Shown one piece after another: positions 13,002 through 23,900 of a stretch of 64,000 nucleotides of DNA (position 1 is the first letter of the stretch; each line of letters begins with the position of its first letter). This DNA comes from Vicugna vicugna (Eukaryota). The stretch spans positions 2,567,696 through 2,631,695 of the forward strand of contig MU058540.1 in NCBI GenBank assembly GCA_013265495.1, read 5' to 3'. Made by a program: the position numbers and the translations under genes. Below the pieces are notes generated by a model that saw only the letters and a list, made by a program, of their open reading frames with translations, was not told the DNA's origin and did not search any database.

Positions 13002-13338
13002 TGCTATAGACTGAAGGTTTGTGTACCCCTCCAATTCATACGTTGAAACCTAGTCCCCAGTGCAATGTAATTAGAAGGTGGGGCCCTTGGGGTGATTACA
13101 TCATGAGAACAGAGCCCTCATGAATGGGATTAGCACCTTTATAAAAGAGACCCCAAAGGGCTCCCTCACCCCTTCCACCATGTGAGGACATAGAGGCCTG
13201 GTCCATGAACCAGGAAGCCCTCGCCAGACATTGAAACTGTAGGTACCTGAGTCTTGGACTTCCAGGCCCCAGAACTGTGAGAAGTAAATTTACCCAATCT
13301 ACGGTAGTTTGTGATCACAGCCCAAACGGGCTAAGACA
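13002..13338 (+). mobile_element. MaLR solo LTR (MLT1A-like)
   Basis: tgctatagactgaaggtttgtgtacccc...gcccaaacgggctaagaca termini and internal MLT1 motifs, recognised from memory. Confidence 0.7.
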
Positions 13339-14531
13339 CTCATGTGACCGAGAAACATGCTCACATTCACTGTAAACTTACAAGGACTCACAACACCCTG
13401 GAATTTCCCACCCCATGTGTAAAGGGGATAATTATCTGAGTATCTAATTTGTTGTCTGCCCTCCCTGTCTAACTCCAAGTTCCAGAGAAAGGGCCTGAGC
13501 CTGCCTGGTTCCTGCTGTGTCCACGCTGCCTGGGAGGCTCTCAGTGTTTGAGGAACGAATAAACGATACACAGATATGTGCAGACGCAACCAGCTCACCT
13601 TCAAGCTGCCACACAGCAACCCTTTATTTCCATGATCTCAGGTCAACTTGGCCACAGCCCTGCGAATGAGCTGGGCTGGCAGTGGGGAACTGAGGCTCTG
13701 CTTGCCCAGGGTCCCATAGCCAGGAAGGGGACAGAGGTGGGGCTTGAATCCACTTCTCTGGATTCTAAATTCTTTCTTCTCTCTCGGAAGTTAAGTGGCC
13801 TCCCATAAACACACAGACACACACGCACTTAGAGGTGAGCAAATCTGCTGTCTCATACCGCCAGAGATCATCACGTCCACACACGTGCCTTCCGTGACCT
13901 ATGCATGGAGTCACACATTCACATGTGCCCAGGTATTGACACTTATGTCCCAGAGGCAAGGTGTCATAGGGTGGGGCTCACAGACCTCTTGGCTGGAAGC
14001 CAGTCAGGCGGCTGGAGGGTCAAGGGCTGCACCCTGAGCTCATGTTCACGTCTCATCAGCACAGGTGGCCCCATGGACATTCTGAACCCCAAAAGTGAGT
14101 GCCTGTTCAAGCCCAAAGCCTTTCGCCTGGGTTCCTGAGATGGCTCGAGGGACCTGAGAAGTATCCAGCCCACCTCCTGTACGGCAGGACTCCTCTGTGC
14201 CGCATTCCCGACAGGCAGACTAGCACCCCCTGTTGGAACACTTGCTGCAGTTGGAACTCACCACTTTCAAGCCAGAACATCCCACTGCTGGCTACTGAGA
14301 ATTAAAGACAGTCCTCCTTAGACTGAGCTGACACGGCAGGCAGCAGTCCTTCACACCTGAGGAGAGGTCACCTCACTTCCTAAGTACTCTCTGTTTCAGT
14401 TCATCACCCAAAGGCCCATGTGTCTAGGTGGTTCCCCAAGTCACACTGCTTCTGGACCAGTCCCCTGCCTGGGCACCCATCCCTGGGTACTCCTCAGCTG
14501 GTCCCTCTTCACTTCAAAACATGAGGCCAGT

Positions 14532-14635
14532 GGGGAGGGTATAGTTCAGTGGTAGAACGTGTGCTTAGCATGCACAAGGTCCTGGGTTCAATCCCCAGTT
14601 TCTAAACTAATTAATTAATTAATTAATTAATAGGG
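14532..14635 (+). mobile_element. tRNA-derived SINE (Vic-1-like), short form with (TAAT)n tail
   Basis: Pol III A box (tagttcagtgg) and B box (ggttcaatccc); TSD tgaggccagt at 14522-14531 and 14636-14645. Confidence 0.85.
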
Positions 14636-17600
14636 TGAGGCCAGTCCTGGACAGGGGCCTCGAGTCACAGCAGAGCCCAATAGGATCTTTGTACAAAACT
14701 TCAGATCACAGAGGCATCTTAACAGCCACTTTGTGCCACTGAGGGTATCAACTATGCCTGGGCCAACCCACAGCTCAGTGTAAAGGGCTGGCTTGGGCCA
14801 TCTGCTGATCCTCATTGTCACCATCAAACACACATCCCCTAGTGCCTATTTTCCAAAAGGTCAGGGATTTGCATCTTTTGAGGATCTTTTGAAACCCAAA
14901 AGAATGAACTCCCTAGTGGTGGAATCTCAGGCCCTGTGATACAGCAGTGGGGTCAACTTGTGGGGCCAGAGAGGTCATTACTTGCAAAGCTGGAGGACTC
15001 CAAAGACGAACACGGCTCCCCTCCATCCAACACTAGAGTTTGTGCTCTGCATGTGCCCCCACCTCTTCCCGACCCCGTCCAGTCCTCTATCTAAGACCAC
15101 AGGCCATGCAATGTTATGATCCCTCCTCAGATCCCTGTCAGAACAGCAAGCCACCAGAACTCTTTTCATAAGATCTCCTTGTCCCTGGTCTAGCTTACAA
15201 GAACCTTAAAATGATAGAACCATAGGTGATAACATAATATATAATAGCCATAGGTAATAACAACACCTCCATTTATGTGGTTTCCCTTTACTATGTACCA
15301 TCACATAAAGTCTATAACTTGACTTCTACAACATCCAGTAGGGAAATGAGCAGGAGAGGAATGTAACGCTGCCTCCATTCTACAGATGAGGAAACTGAGG
15401 CCCAAGGAAGTGAAGATCTTTGCTCAGGATTGCTGAGCTAGTAAGCAGCAGGGCTGGGACCTGAGTTCAGAGCTTGTAACTCCAAGTTAGTTCAGAGTTT
15501 TTGCATGACACCAGGTCAAGATCACATCATTGAACTTTCTAGCTTTCTAGAGATGAAGAGCCTGAAGTCCAGCAAGCTAGACGCAGCGTTGAGACTGAAC
15601 TCAGGGTCTACCCTCCTATCAGGACTCCAAGATACCTACCCACTACTCCAGCCTGCTAAGGAGAGAGTGTCATTCAACCAACCTCAGACCACGAGAGTCG
15701 CTCCTGTCCCAGGACACTTTCAGATGGGATCTCCCGACCCGGGAGCTCTGTATCGGGTACCCGCTTGCAGCGTCTAGGCACTACTCTCTGTCTGCTGGAA
15801 GCTGTATCCAGTGAGGGGGAGTAGGCCCAGCTGTCTCAGGGTGAAGGTGCTGCCAGTTTCCAGACTGTCTCAGAAGATGCTTTGGTCAGAGTAATATATA
15901 TCCTTTCTCCCAGGAGGTAAGCGCATGGGCAGCCAGTGCAGGGGCCGCCCCTACCACCCCATCATCCTATCCCAGGGCTGCTTCCCTCTCTCCCAGCGAT
16001 AGGAGGCTTACCTCAGCTTCCCTGGAGAAAAATAGTTTCACTTGACAACTTCCTTATTACACCTAAACCCCAACAAGAAACCAGCGCTCAGAAAACAACC
16101 TTAGGCCTGGCTGGAGGAAGGCCAGTCCATGGGCTAGAAAACAAGCCCTTACGGGAAACACAAGGGGGTGGGAGGGGCTAGTTTTAGCACCTGTACACTC
16201 TCCTCAGTTCTCTCCTAAGAACTGAAGAGGGAAGAACTCAGAAGGAAAGGTCACTGAATGCAATACAGACATTCCTTGACCTGAAGACAAAGTTCAGAAG
16301 GAGTTGCTGAGGGGTATGTTTTTCAAATCCTGCTATCCCTGGGTAGGGTCGCCATGAATCTTGACAGAACATTCTAAGAAGTTTTTTTACACTTTCTGTA
16401 GTGCTTGAATTTTTTTTAAAAAAAAGAGAATTTATACCTGTTTGTAACCAGAAAAGAAAAACTAGTTTTATTCAAAAAATGTCAGAAATCCTGTTTAAGT
16501 TGATTGACACAGGGAGGCATTACAAAGTAAATATTGAAAGCACTGAGCTTTAAAGTCTCCCAGCCCTGGAACCATCTGCCAGCTGTGTGACCTCCAGCAG
16601 GGGATACAACATCTCTGAGTTTGTTTCTCACTCAGAAACTGAGTGGCCACCTTAGAGGGTGATGTAGGGTGAAATGTGATAATGCTCACAAAGGAAAGAA
16701 GAAAATGTATTGACTGCCAGGCACTTTCCTAGGTCCTTTCTGTATTGATTAAGGGCCAATATTTTATTATCAGTAGCAGAGTTATTAAGGCTTTATTCAT
16801 ACTGTCAGCAAAAAGGTTTTGGATCCAGCTATGTGCTGGGCACTGACTCAACACTGAATTTAGAGAATTTATTAGCCCAAGAACCAGCCCAGGCTTCAAA
16901 CAAGGGTTAAATTATATCTCATATTTTTATTTATTTAACAAAACTGTTTTCTTAGCCATCTCCTCCAAGCCCTGTGCGCATCATACATGCTCCTCCTTAT
17001 TCAGAGGTGAATTAGTGTTCCCCAACCCCCACCCTCATGGAGTTCGTAGTGTAGTTGGAAAGAGACATACAGAAAAAAATCATAAAATCAGGTGGAAGGG
17101 AATGGGGAGTTATTGTTTCATGGGTACGGAGTATCACTTTGAGAAGATGAAAAAGTTCTAGAGAGGGATGGTGGAGATGATTGTATAACAATGTAAATGT
17201 ACTTAATGCCACTGAGCTATACACTTAAAAATGGTTAAGATGGTCAATTGTATGTTATGTATATTTCATCACAATTTTTTTTAAAGGCAGATGGAAGCAC
17301 AGGGGCAGACAGCCAAGCGGGACATTGTGCGGGAAACTATCCTCTGACCCAGTAATTCCATCTGCAGAAAAGTACAATCTCAGGTTCTCACAGGAGGGGA
17401 GCCATCACGGGCATTCGGACCTTCTCTAATCAGGCAGAGGGGCAACCCAGCCCTGTCCTCAGTGCCTGTCAAAGACCAAGCCTTGGGTGAGGATCTGTGG
17501 AGAGACACTGGCAGCTGCCTGTGGCACCATAGGGTGGTGACACGATGTGTAAGTCCCAGTGACAAATGCAGAGAGTCCTAAGTTGAAAAAGTGTTGAGGA

Positions 17601-18488
17601 TTTCAAAAAGACAGAGACCACAGACCATGAAACCAATCGCAAGCCCTTCTAAGTGCTGAAGCGATACAGGTCTCGTGGCCTCGAATGGGACTCTGATGAG
17701 GACAGCTCCCACCCACATGCCGTGAGGAAAGATGACAGAGGAAGGGGGAGAGAGAGACTGAGAGAGAATATTTTTTGAATTTTTAATTCCAATATAACAT
17801 ACAGAAAAGTGCATGAATCACAACTACACAGCTTGATGAATTTTCAGAAAGGGAATAAATGTGTGTACCCAGCACCCAGATTAAGATGCGGAACATCACC
17901 AGCACCCTAGAAACCCCTTCATGCTTCTCATGGGTACCACTGTCCTGACTTCACAGCTTAGATTATTTTGCCTGTTTGGGGGACTTATATGAATGGGAAT
18001 TAGACTGCATGTTTTCTTTTATCTCTGGTTTTTTTTTTCTCACTCTATTTCATGTTTGTGAGATTCAGCCATATGCTTGCTGTGTGCAGCTGTAGTTGTA
18101 AATTTTCAGATTGACAATATCAAGTGTCAGAGAGGCTATGGGGCAACCAGACCTCTCATATACTGCTGGTGGGAGTGGAAAATGGTATAGCTACTTTGGA
18201 AAATTGAGTGGCAATGTTTAGTAAAGCTGAAGAGACACCTAGCCTGTGACCCAGCACCTCCACCCCTAGATACACACACAAAAGAAATGCAGGCACAACC
18301 TCCCTCAAAACAACACTAAAAGATTGTTTATATCAGCATCACATATAATAGCCAGAAACTCAAGAACTTGAAATGACTCAAATGCCCCATGACAATAAGA
18401 AGAGTAAATAAATGGTGGTATATTCCCAAAATGGATAATTTTTTCCCCCAAGAGTCTGTATATTTGTTTGTTTAGAAAGACTATTTAC

Positions 18489-18870
18489 GTAAAGTAAGCC
18501 AAAAAGAGAAAGAAAAATACCCTATGATATTACTTATATTTGGAATCTTAAAAAAAAAAAAAGACAACATTACGTACAAAACGGAAACAGACTCACAGAC
18601 AGTAAACAAACTTATGGTTACCAGCGCAGGAAAGGGTGGGAAAGGATAAACAGGGAGTTCGAGATTTGTGGATACTAACTACTATATATAAAATAAACAA
18701 TAAGTTTATACTGTATAGCATAGGAAACTATATTCAATATCTTGTAATAACTTATGGCTAAAAAGAATATAAAAACAAATATATGTATGTTCCTATATGA
18801 CTGAAGTATTGTGCTGTACACCAGAAATTGACACAACATTGTCAACTGACTACAATAAAAAAAAAAAAAG
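18489..18870 (+). mobile_element. Young L1 3' end with poly(A)
   Basis: L1 3'UTR; A-tail; TSD aagactatttac (18477-18488) and aagaccatttac (18871-18882). Confidence 0.82.
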
Positions 18871-19999
18871 AAGACCATTTACCCTCTTGTGTGGCCTGGG
18901 TATGTAACACAGGGACACAGAAGATAAACCTGGTCTTAAGTGAAAAGGCAGGTATCACAATAAGAGGGGTGAGAACAAGAGAGAGCCCCAAGTCTCAGCA
19001 GCCCTAGGTAGAGCAATTCTGAGTGACATATTTAAGAGAAGGAGAATTTTCACATGAGACAATTAAACCTGTCTGCTTGGAACTCCAGTTCCCAGAAATC
19101 TGCCCCCAGCCTGGCAAGATAATTTGTATTATGGAAACAGAGTGCCTTTGGTGACTTGCAGGAGCAAAGATCAAGAGTGCAAACACACTCTCCTTGCCAG
19201 GGCCACACCCTCTGCCTGGAATCCACCAGTTCAAGGTCCAGCCTATCCTGAGTTTGGGCCTCCCACCTGCTGAGCTTCCTGGAGAGATGTCTTCTTCCTT
19301 CACAGTGAGAGATATCTGAAAGATTGTGACCTCATTCTTTCCCAAGCCAGGGGAGGGCTGAGGACCAAAGTCCCCCGACCAGAAAATAGTCTCAGAACAT
19401 TCTTTTGGTTCGCATGCAAAATGACTGAATTTAGGTCTTGTGGCTAAAGTGCTCAGTGAATCTCAATCCCCACCCACACTCCCCTGACTCCTCCCAGTGA
19501 CTCCCAGAATCTCCTCCTCCTCAGTTGTTTCTGGGTCTCCACTCGAAGTGGGTAACTCAGGTGACCATCATGATAGCCTAGCTTTGACACTGGACAGAGC
19601 TGTACCGAAACCCCAGCTCCTCACTCCTCAGTCATGCAAATGATCCTATCTCCCAGTTCCTCCAATAACATGATCCCTCAGGCCACTGGACATGCTGTTC
19701 TCTTTGCCCAGAACATTCTTCCTGCTACCTGCCCTCATCCATCTTCACACGACCTGCTCCTTCTCACTCTGCAGGTCTCTGCTTGGACATTACCAGCTCT
19801 GGGAAGCTTTCCCTGATCTCCCTAGTGTGGCTCAGAGGCCTCTGCTCTATCCCCCTGGATGCCCCTATGCTGCCCCATTCAGCACTTGTCACGTTGGGTT
19901 GTGGCTGTCTCCCTAGCAGGACAGTAAACACCCAGAGCAGAACAGCACATCTGTTACTAGTATTTTCTCCACAAAGTTTTGTTGACTGAATCATTTCTA

Positions 20000-20317
20000 C
20001 CAGGCGTTGGCAAAGTTTTTATGTAAAGGAACAGATGGTAAATATTTTCAGTTCTGTGGGCCATATGATGTCTGTTGCCATGATTCAACTCCCTGGTTGG
20101 AGCGAAAAGGCAGCCATAGATAACTTGTAAACAAATAAGCATGGTCGTGTCCCCCCAAAATTTATGGACATTGAGTTTGAATTGCATATGCTTTTCATAG
20201 GTCATGAAATATTATTCCCCAAAAAAATTTTTTTTCAACCATCTAAAAATGTAACTACTCTCAAAAGCTGTCAGGACATACAAAAATAGGTGACAAACCA
20301 TAGTTTGCTAACCCTGA
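20000..20317. mobile_element. MER58-like hAT DNA transposon
   Basis: Terminal inverted repeats caggcgttggcaaa ... tttgctaaccctg and internal MER58-like text. Confidence 0.65.
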
Positions 20318-21614
20318 TTAATACTGAGGATCACATGCTTTGGGTTTTCCAAGTCACTCTCAGGGATATAGTAGGATTACTTAGAGCAATAATATAACAG
20401 TATTTCTTAATATCAAGCAGAAAATTAAACTTGCAAGTGCATTAAATGACTTAGCCATCACATCCTGTAGACTATATTTAAGAAATCCAAGATGTTTTAA
20501 GATTAAGGAATTGTTACTATCAAGGAACTATGTCAATAGGTTGACAATTTCTCTAAGAAATCCTAATGGGAATTTTTTAAACTAGGCATGAAAGGACACT
20601 TATTTTTTTGTGATAAGAATTATTTATCTTAAATAATATCAAAAATATTATTCAGATAAATAAAAGTAACCACTAGAAAAACTGAAGGTAGAAATTAAGT
20701 GGGACCAATTGCCTCCAGGAAGTGGAAGGGAGTGTGGGTTTTCTACAATGCTAGGTTATGTTTTTGGTTCATTGTTGTTGTTTTTCTTAACCTGGTTTCT
20801 TATATTACTATGATGTGTTGAATGTTAATGAGGCTGTGGGGATACAGGAACTTCTATGCTTCACTGGGGGAGGGGGCATGTGGACTGGTGAGCCATTCTG
20901 GACAACAATCAGACAGTATTAGTAAAAACTGGTGTCCATATTCCCCAGGGACTAGCAATTCCACTCCTAGCCATTCTCACATAGCTATTTAAGAGCAAAG
21001 AAAAAACACTCATAGATAGCTGAAGGGGTATGCCTGGGGTTGGGACGTGGGTTTTGTTTCACAGTGTGACTTTTATGAGATACTTCTTTTTCCTGGCAGG
21101 CAGCCTTTGCCCAATTTGTCCAACTGTGATGACGTGTTCCTCACTGCCCAGAATTTTCTTGTGCGTGGTAAGCAACCTATTATGAAACTTGCTCATCTGT
21201 AACCACCTTGTTCTTAGACAGGAGTCTTGTACTTCGAACATGGTTGTCTCTCATATATAGGTGGTAAGTGCTCTGGCAGCATTTAGGTGCTCAATCTGTG
21301 GCCACCAATTTTAGTTTCCAGTTTGCTTTCAGGAAAATCCACAAGTTTAAATCTAAACCAAATGCATTCTAATTCAGAAACCAAAAGAGCACGCACCAGA
21401 AGGACAATCTGCTTTTATTGAAATCCAGAATAAAGTCAGAGAACTTGACCAAAAGGAGGGAGCTTGAAATCTGAGAGGAGACTCATCCAACCAGAAGCAG
21501 AAGGTGACTCTCAGAATCATCGAGCTCAAGGGGCTCAGTGCAGGTACCTCTCTCAGTTCTGAGAGTCACTGCCCCTCCAGGGGTTATCTCCTTTGGATCC
21601 TACTTCTGACATCA

Positions 21615-21985
21615 TTGAACATCAACCTAAATAAGAAGATAAACTGAGGCAATCTCAGATTACCAGAGATTTGAGTTTATTTGGGAGTAGCAGAAGAATT
21701 TCAACTCAGGAAATGCATGCTATAGCAAGATACAGTGAGTCCACTGAGGGTTTGGGGTGGGCTCTATTTATGGGCAAGGAGTACAAAAAGGGGGAAATCC
21801 AGCCAGAGTCCAAGCAGTAAGTTCATTGGCTTGAGGATGGGGAGATATTCTTGGTGAATATTCATTGATAAGGAGATAAGTCTCAGTCTTCTGTAAATCA
21901 GGCATTTAATGGCAATCAGTCTCTGCTTAAGTTATGTTCTTCTGAGGGCACATGTGTGAGATTTCCCATTTCATATTTTCATTCA
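21615..21985 (-). mobile_element. Probable ERV solo LTR, boundaries approximate
   Basis: Minus-strand AATAAA (+ tttatt near 21676) and TATA-like element (+ tatttatg near 21765) in LTR-like order and spacing. Confidence 0.45.
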
Positions 21986-22249
21986 TGTTAGATTGAAATC
22001 CTTTATATAGATATGGATGATAGAGATACAGGTATAGGAAGGAAATATTATCACTTGTAAAAATATAATTATACAGCCAGAAAATTGGAACCAACTCAAA
22101 ATTTTTGAACACAAAAGACCTTTGTGCAAAGTAAATCCACACAAAAAGTTTTTCTATTTACTGTTATTTACTATATTTTCTATTTACTATTTACTATATT
22201 TCTATATAACCAGTTAGAAGGTGTGATGGCAGAAAATATTCCAGCCACA

Positions 22250-22921
22250 ATAGCAATTTTTAAATATTCTAACTACCTCTAAGAACTGTATTAGATCCAT
22301 AAGCTATATAAAAGATGTAACAAAATATAGAAACATCCATACTCTTGAACGGAAAGCTAATGAAAAGAATTCAACTCTCGGTTAATCATAGTTCATCACA
22401 CTTCACTTCCAACTACAATTTAAAAGAATGTGACACAATTAGAATTTAGAGATTGACAAAATTTCCCTGGCTTTATTTCACTGGGAAATAAAGTTAACAG
22501 ATGAGTTTACTACAAAATTTTTGTTAAAGAAAAATAAGTTGTATGAGGAAGGGACATTTTCTCTGCTGGATATTAAATGTATCATAAAGCTACAGAAATA
22601 AAACAAGGCTGTATCACCAAGAACTAATGGACAAACCAAAAAAAGTAGATAACTCTGAAACTACTCCAAATAACATACGAATTTACTGAGAAAGGAAGCT
22701 CACCAACCAACGAGAAGAGGGGATTATGCGGCAAATGGTGTTGGAAAAACAGCCTGGAAGTCAGAGGATCATTTTAGATCTACACTTTATACTGTAGTGT
22801 AAAATACTTTCCAGACGCATTAAAGCATTACATGTAACAATAATGCCACTTAAAAAAAACCTAAAATAATACGCAGATAACTAAGTTTGGATGAAAGACT
22901 TTGTAGAATAAAAATGAGAGG
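22250..22921 (+). mobile_element. Old L1 (L1M-type) ORF2 fragment, left part, interrupted by the RAB6A-derived insertion
   Basis: Degenerate L1 ORF2 text (aaatggtgttggaaaaac...ttccagacgcattaaag...gaaagactttgtag). Confidence 0.6.
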
Positions 22922-23900
22922 CTGGCGGGGCGCCGCGCGGGAGGCTCGCGCACTCGGTGGGTCGGGCTGCGGCCGCGGCGGCGCTCAGGCGGCGGCGGCG
23001 CTCAGGCGCCGCGTGTGAGGCGCCCCGGGCGCGTCTGCGTTCCGGCTCCGCCACCCGCACCCCAGTGGGCTGCTGAGAAGGGAACGGCTCCAGCCCTGGG
23101 ACCCCCGAGCACACCTCCAGCACGGCCCCTTCCCGTCGCAGCCGCGGGCCTCGCTCGGTGCTGGGCGACTCCGAGGGGAGGCGGCGGCGGCGGCGGCGGC
23201 GGCGGCTGCGGGTCTGAGTGGAGGAGCCCTGCCCTCCAGCCTGGCTCCGCCGCCGGGCCCAGTAGGGCCCGAGAGAGCTCGGCGCCCGCCCTTCCTCTAG
23301 CCCCTCGGTCAACCGGCTGGAGCAGCGTCGTCCCGGAGGTCTCTGGGCCGAGGCGGCGGCAGCTCCTCCGGCTCCACCATGTCCGCGGGGAGAGACTTCG
23401 GGACTCTGCGGAGGAAATTCAAGCCGGCGTTCCTGCGGGCGCAGAGCGGTGAGTGTGCGGCTTCCCCGCGCCCCCAGCCCCATGCGGCCCTTCCCCGCGC
23501 GGAGGCTCCGTGCGGGCCTCGCGTTCGCGCTCCGTTGCACCCCGCAGCCCTTGCCCGTGTTCGCCGACCCTCCTTAGCCACCGGCTCCTCTTCGCCAGAT
23601 CCGTCGGGCGGATCTTGACCCTTGCGTCCCCGACTCCGCCGGCTCCTTTCCCCGGAGCCCAGCCTCTCCCGTCGAGCTGTCCTCACCCCGCCCAGTCCCG
23701 GCCTCCTTCCATCCCTTTCTTCCTCCGTCTGCGTCGTCTCAAAACCCCAGCTCCCCTCCTTGAGCCCCACCCTCGTCCCGTGCTCTTTTCCCAGCTCGTC
23801 GGGCGTGTGAGGCCCACCCGGGAAGCCCCACTCGGGAGAACCGGCCCCTTGCCACCGGGCGCGCGGCGGGTGGGATCTGAGCGTTGTTTTCCGCGGAGGC
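22922..23900. promoter_or_regulatory. CpG island carried in by the RAB6A-derived insertion
   Basis: Abrupt switch from AT-rich L1 to dense CpG/GC sequence exactly at the left TSD. Confidence 0.85.
23180..23206 (+). repeat. (GGC)9 trinucleotide repeat in the retrocopy 5'UTR
   Basis: Read directly from the sequence. Confidence 0.95.

Noticed and set aside
14262..14400. Candidate non-coding first exon of BNIP5 (minus-strand donor G|gtgagt at 14261; another donor at 16011)
   Set aside because: Position is plausible, but a donor motif alone cannot identify the exon without transcript data.
14532..14600. tRNA genes at 14532, 27665 and 43465
   Set aside because: The tRNA-like heads have SINE tails and TSDs and lack a proper acceptor stem.
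22150..22205. Short repeated ctattta units
   Set aside because: Low-complexity AT-rich slippage repeat, not a structured array; no CRISPR-like or other prokaryotic system is present in this mammalian DNA.
23379..23618. A functional RAB6 gene at this locus
   Set aside because: The P-loop glycine and seven other conserved residues are altered, I found no exon 2 (GKTSLITRFMYDSF) in the window, and the insert is bounded by a poly(A) and TSD.
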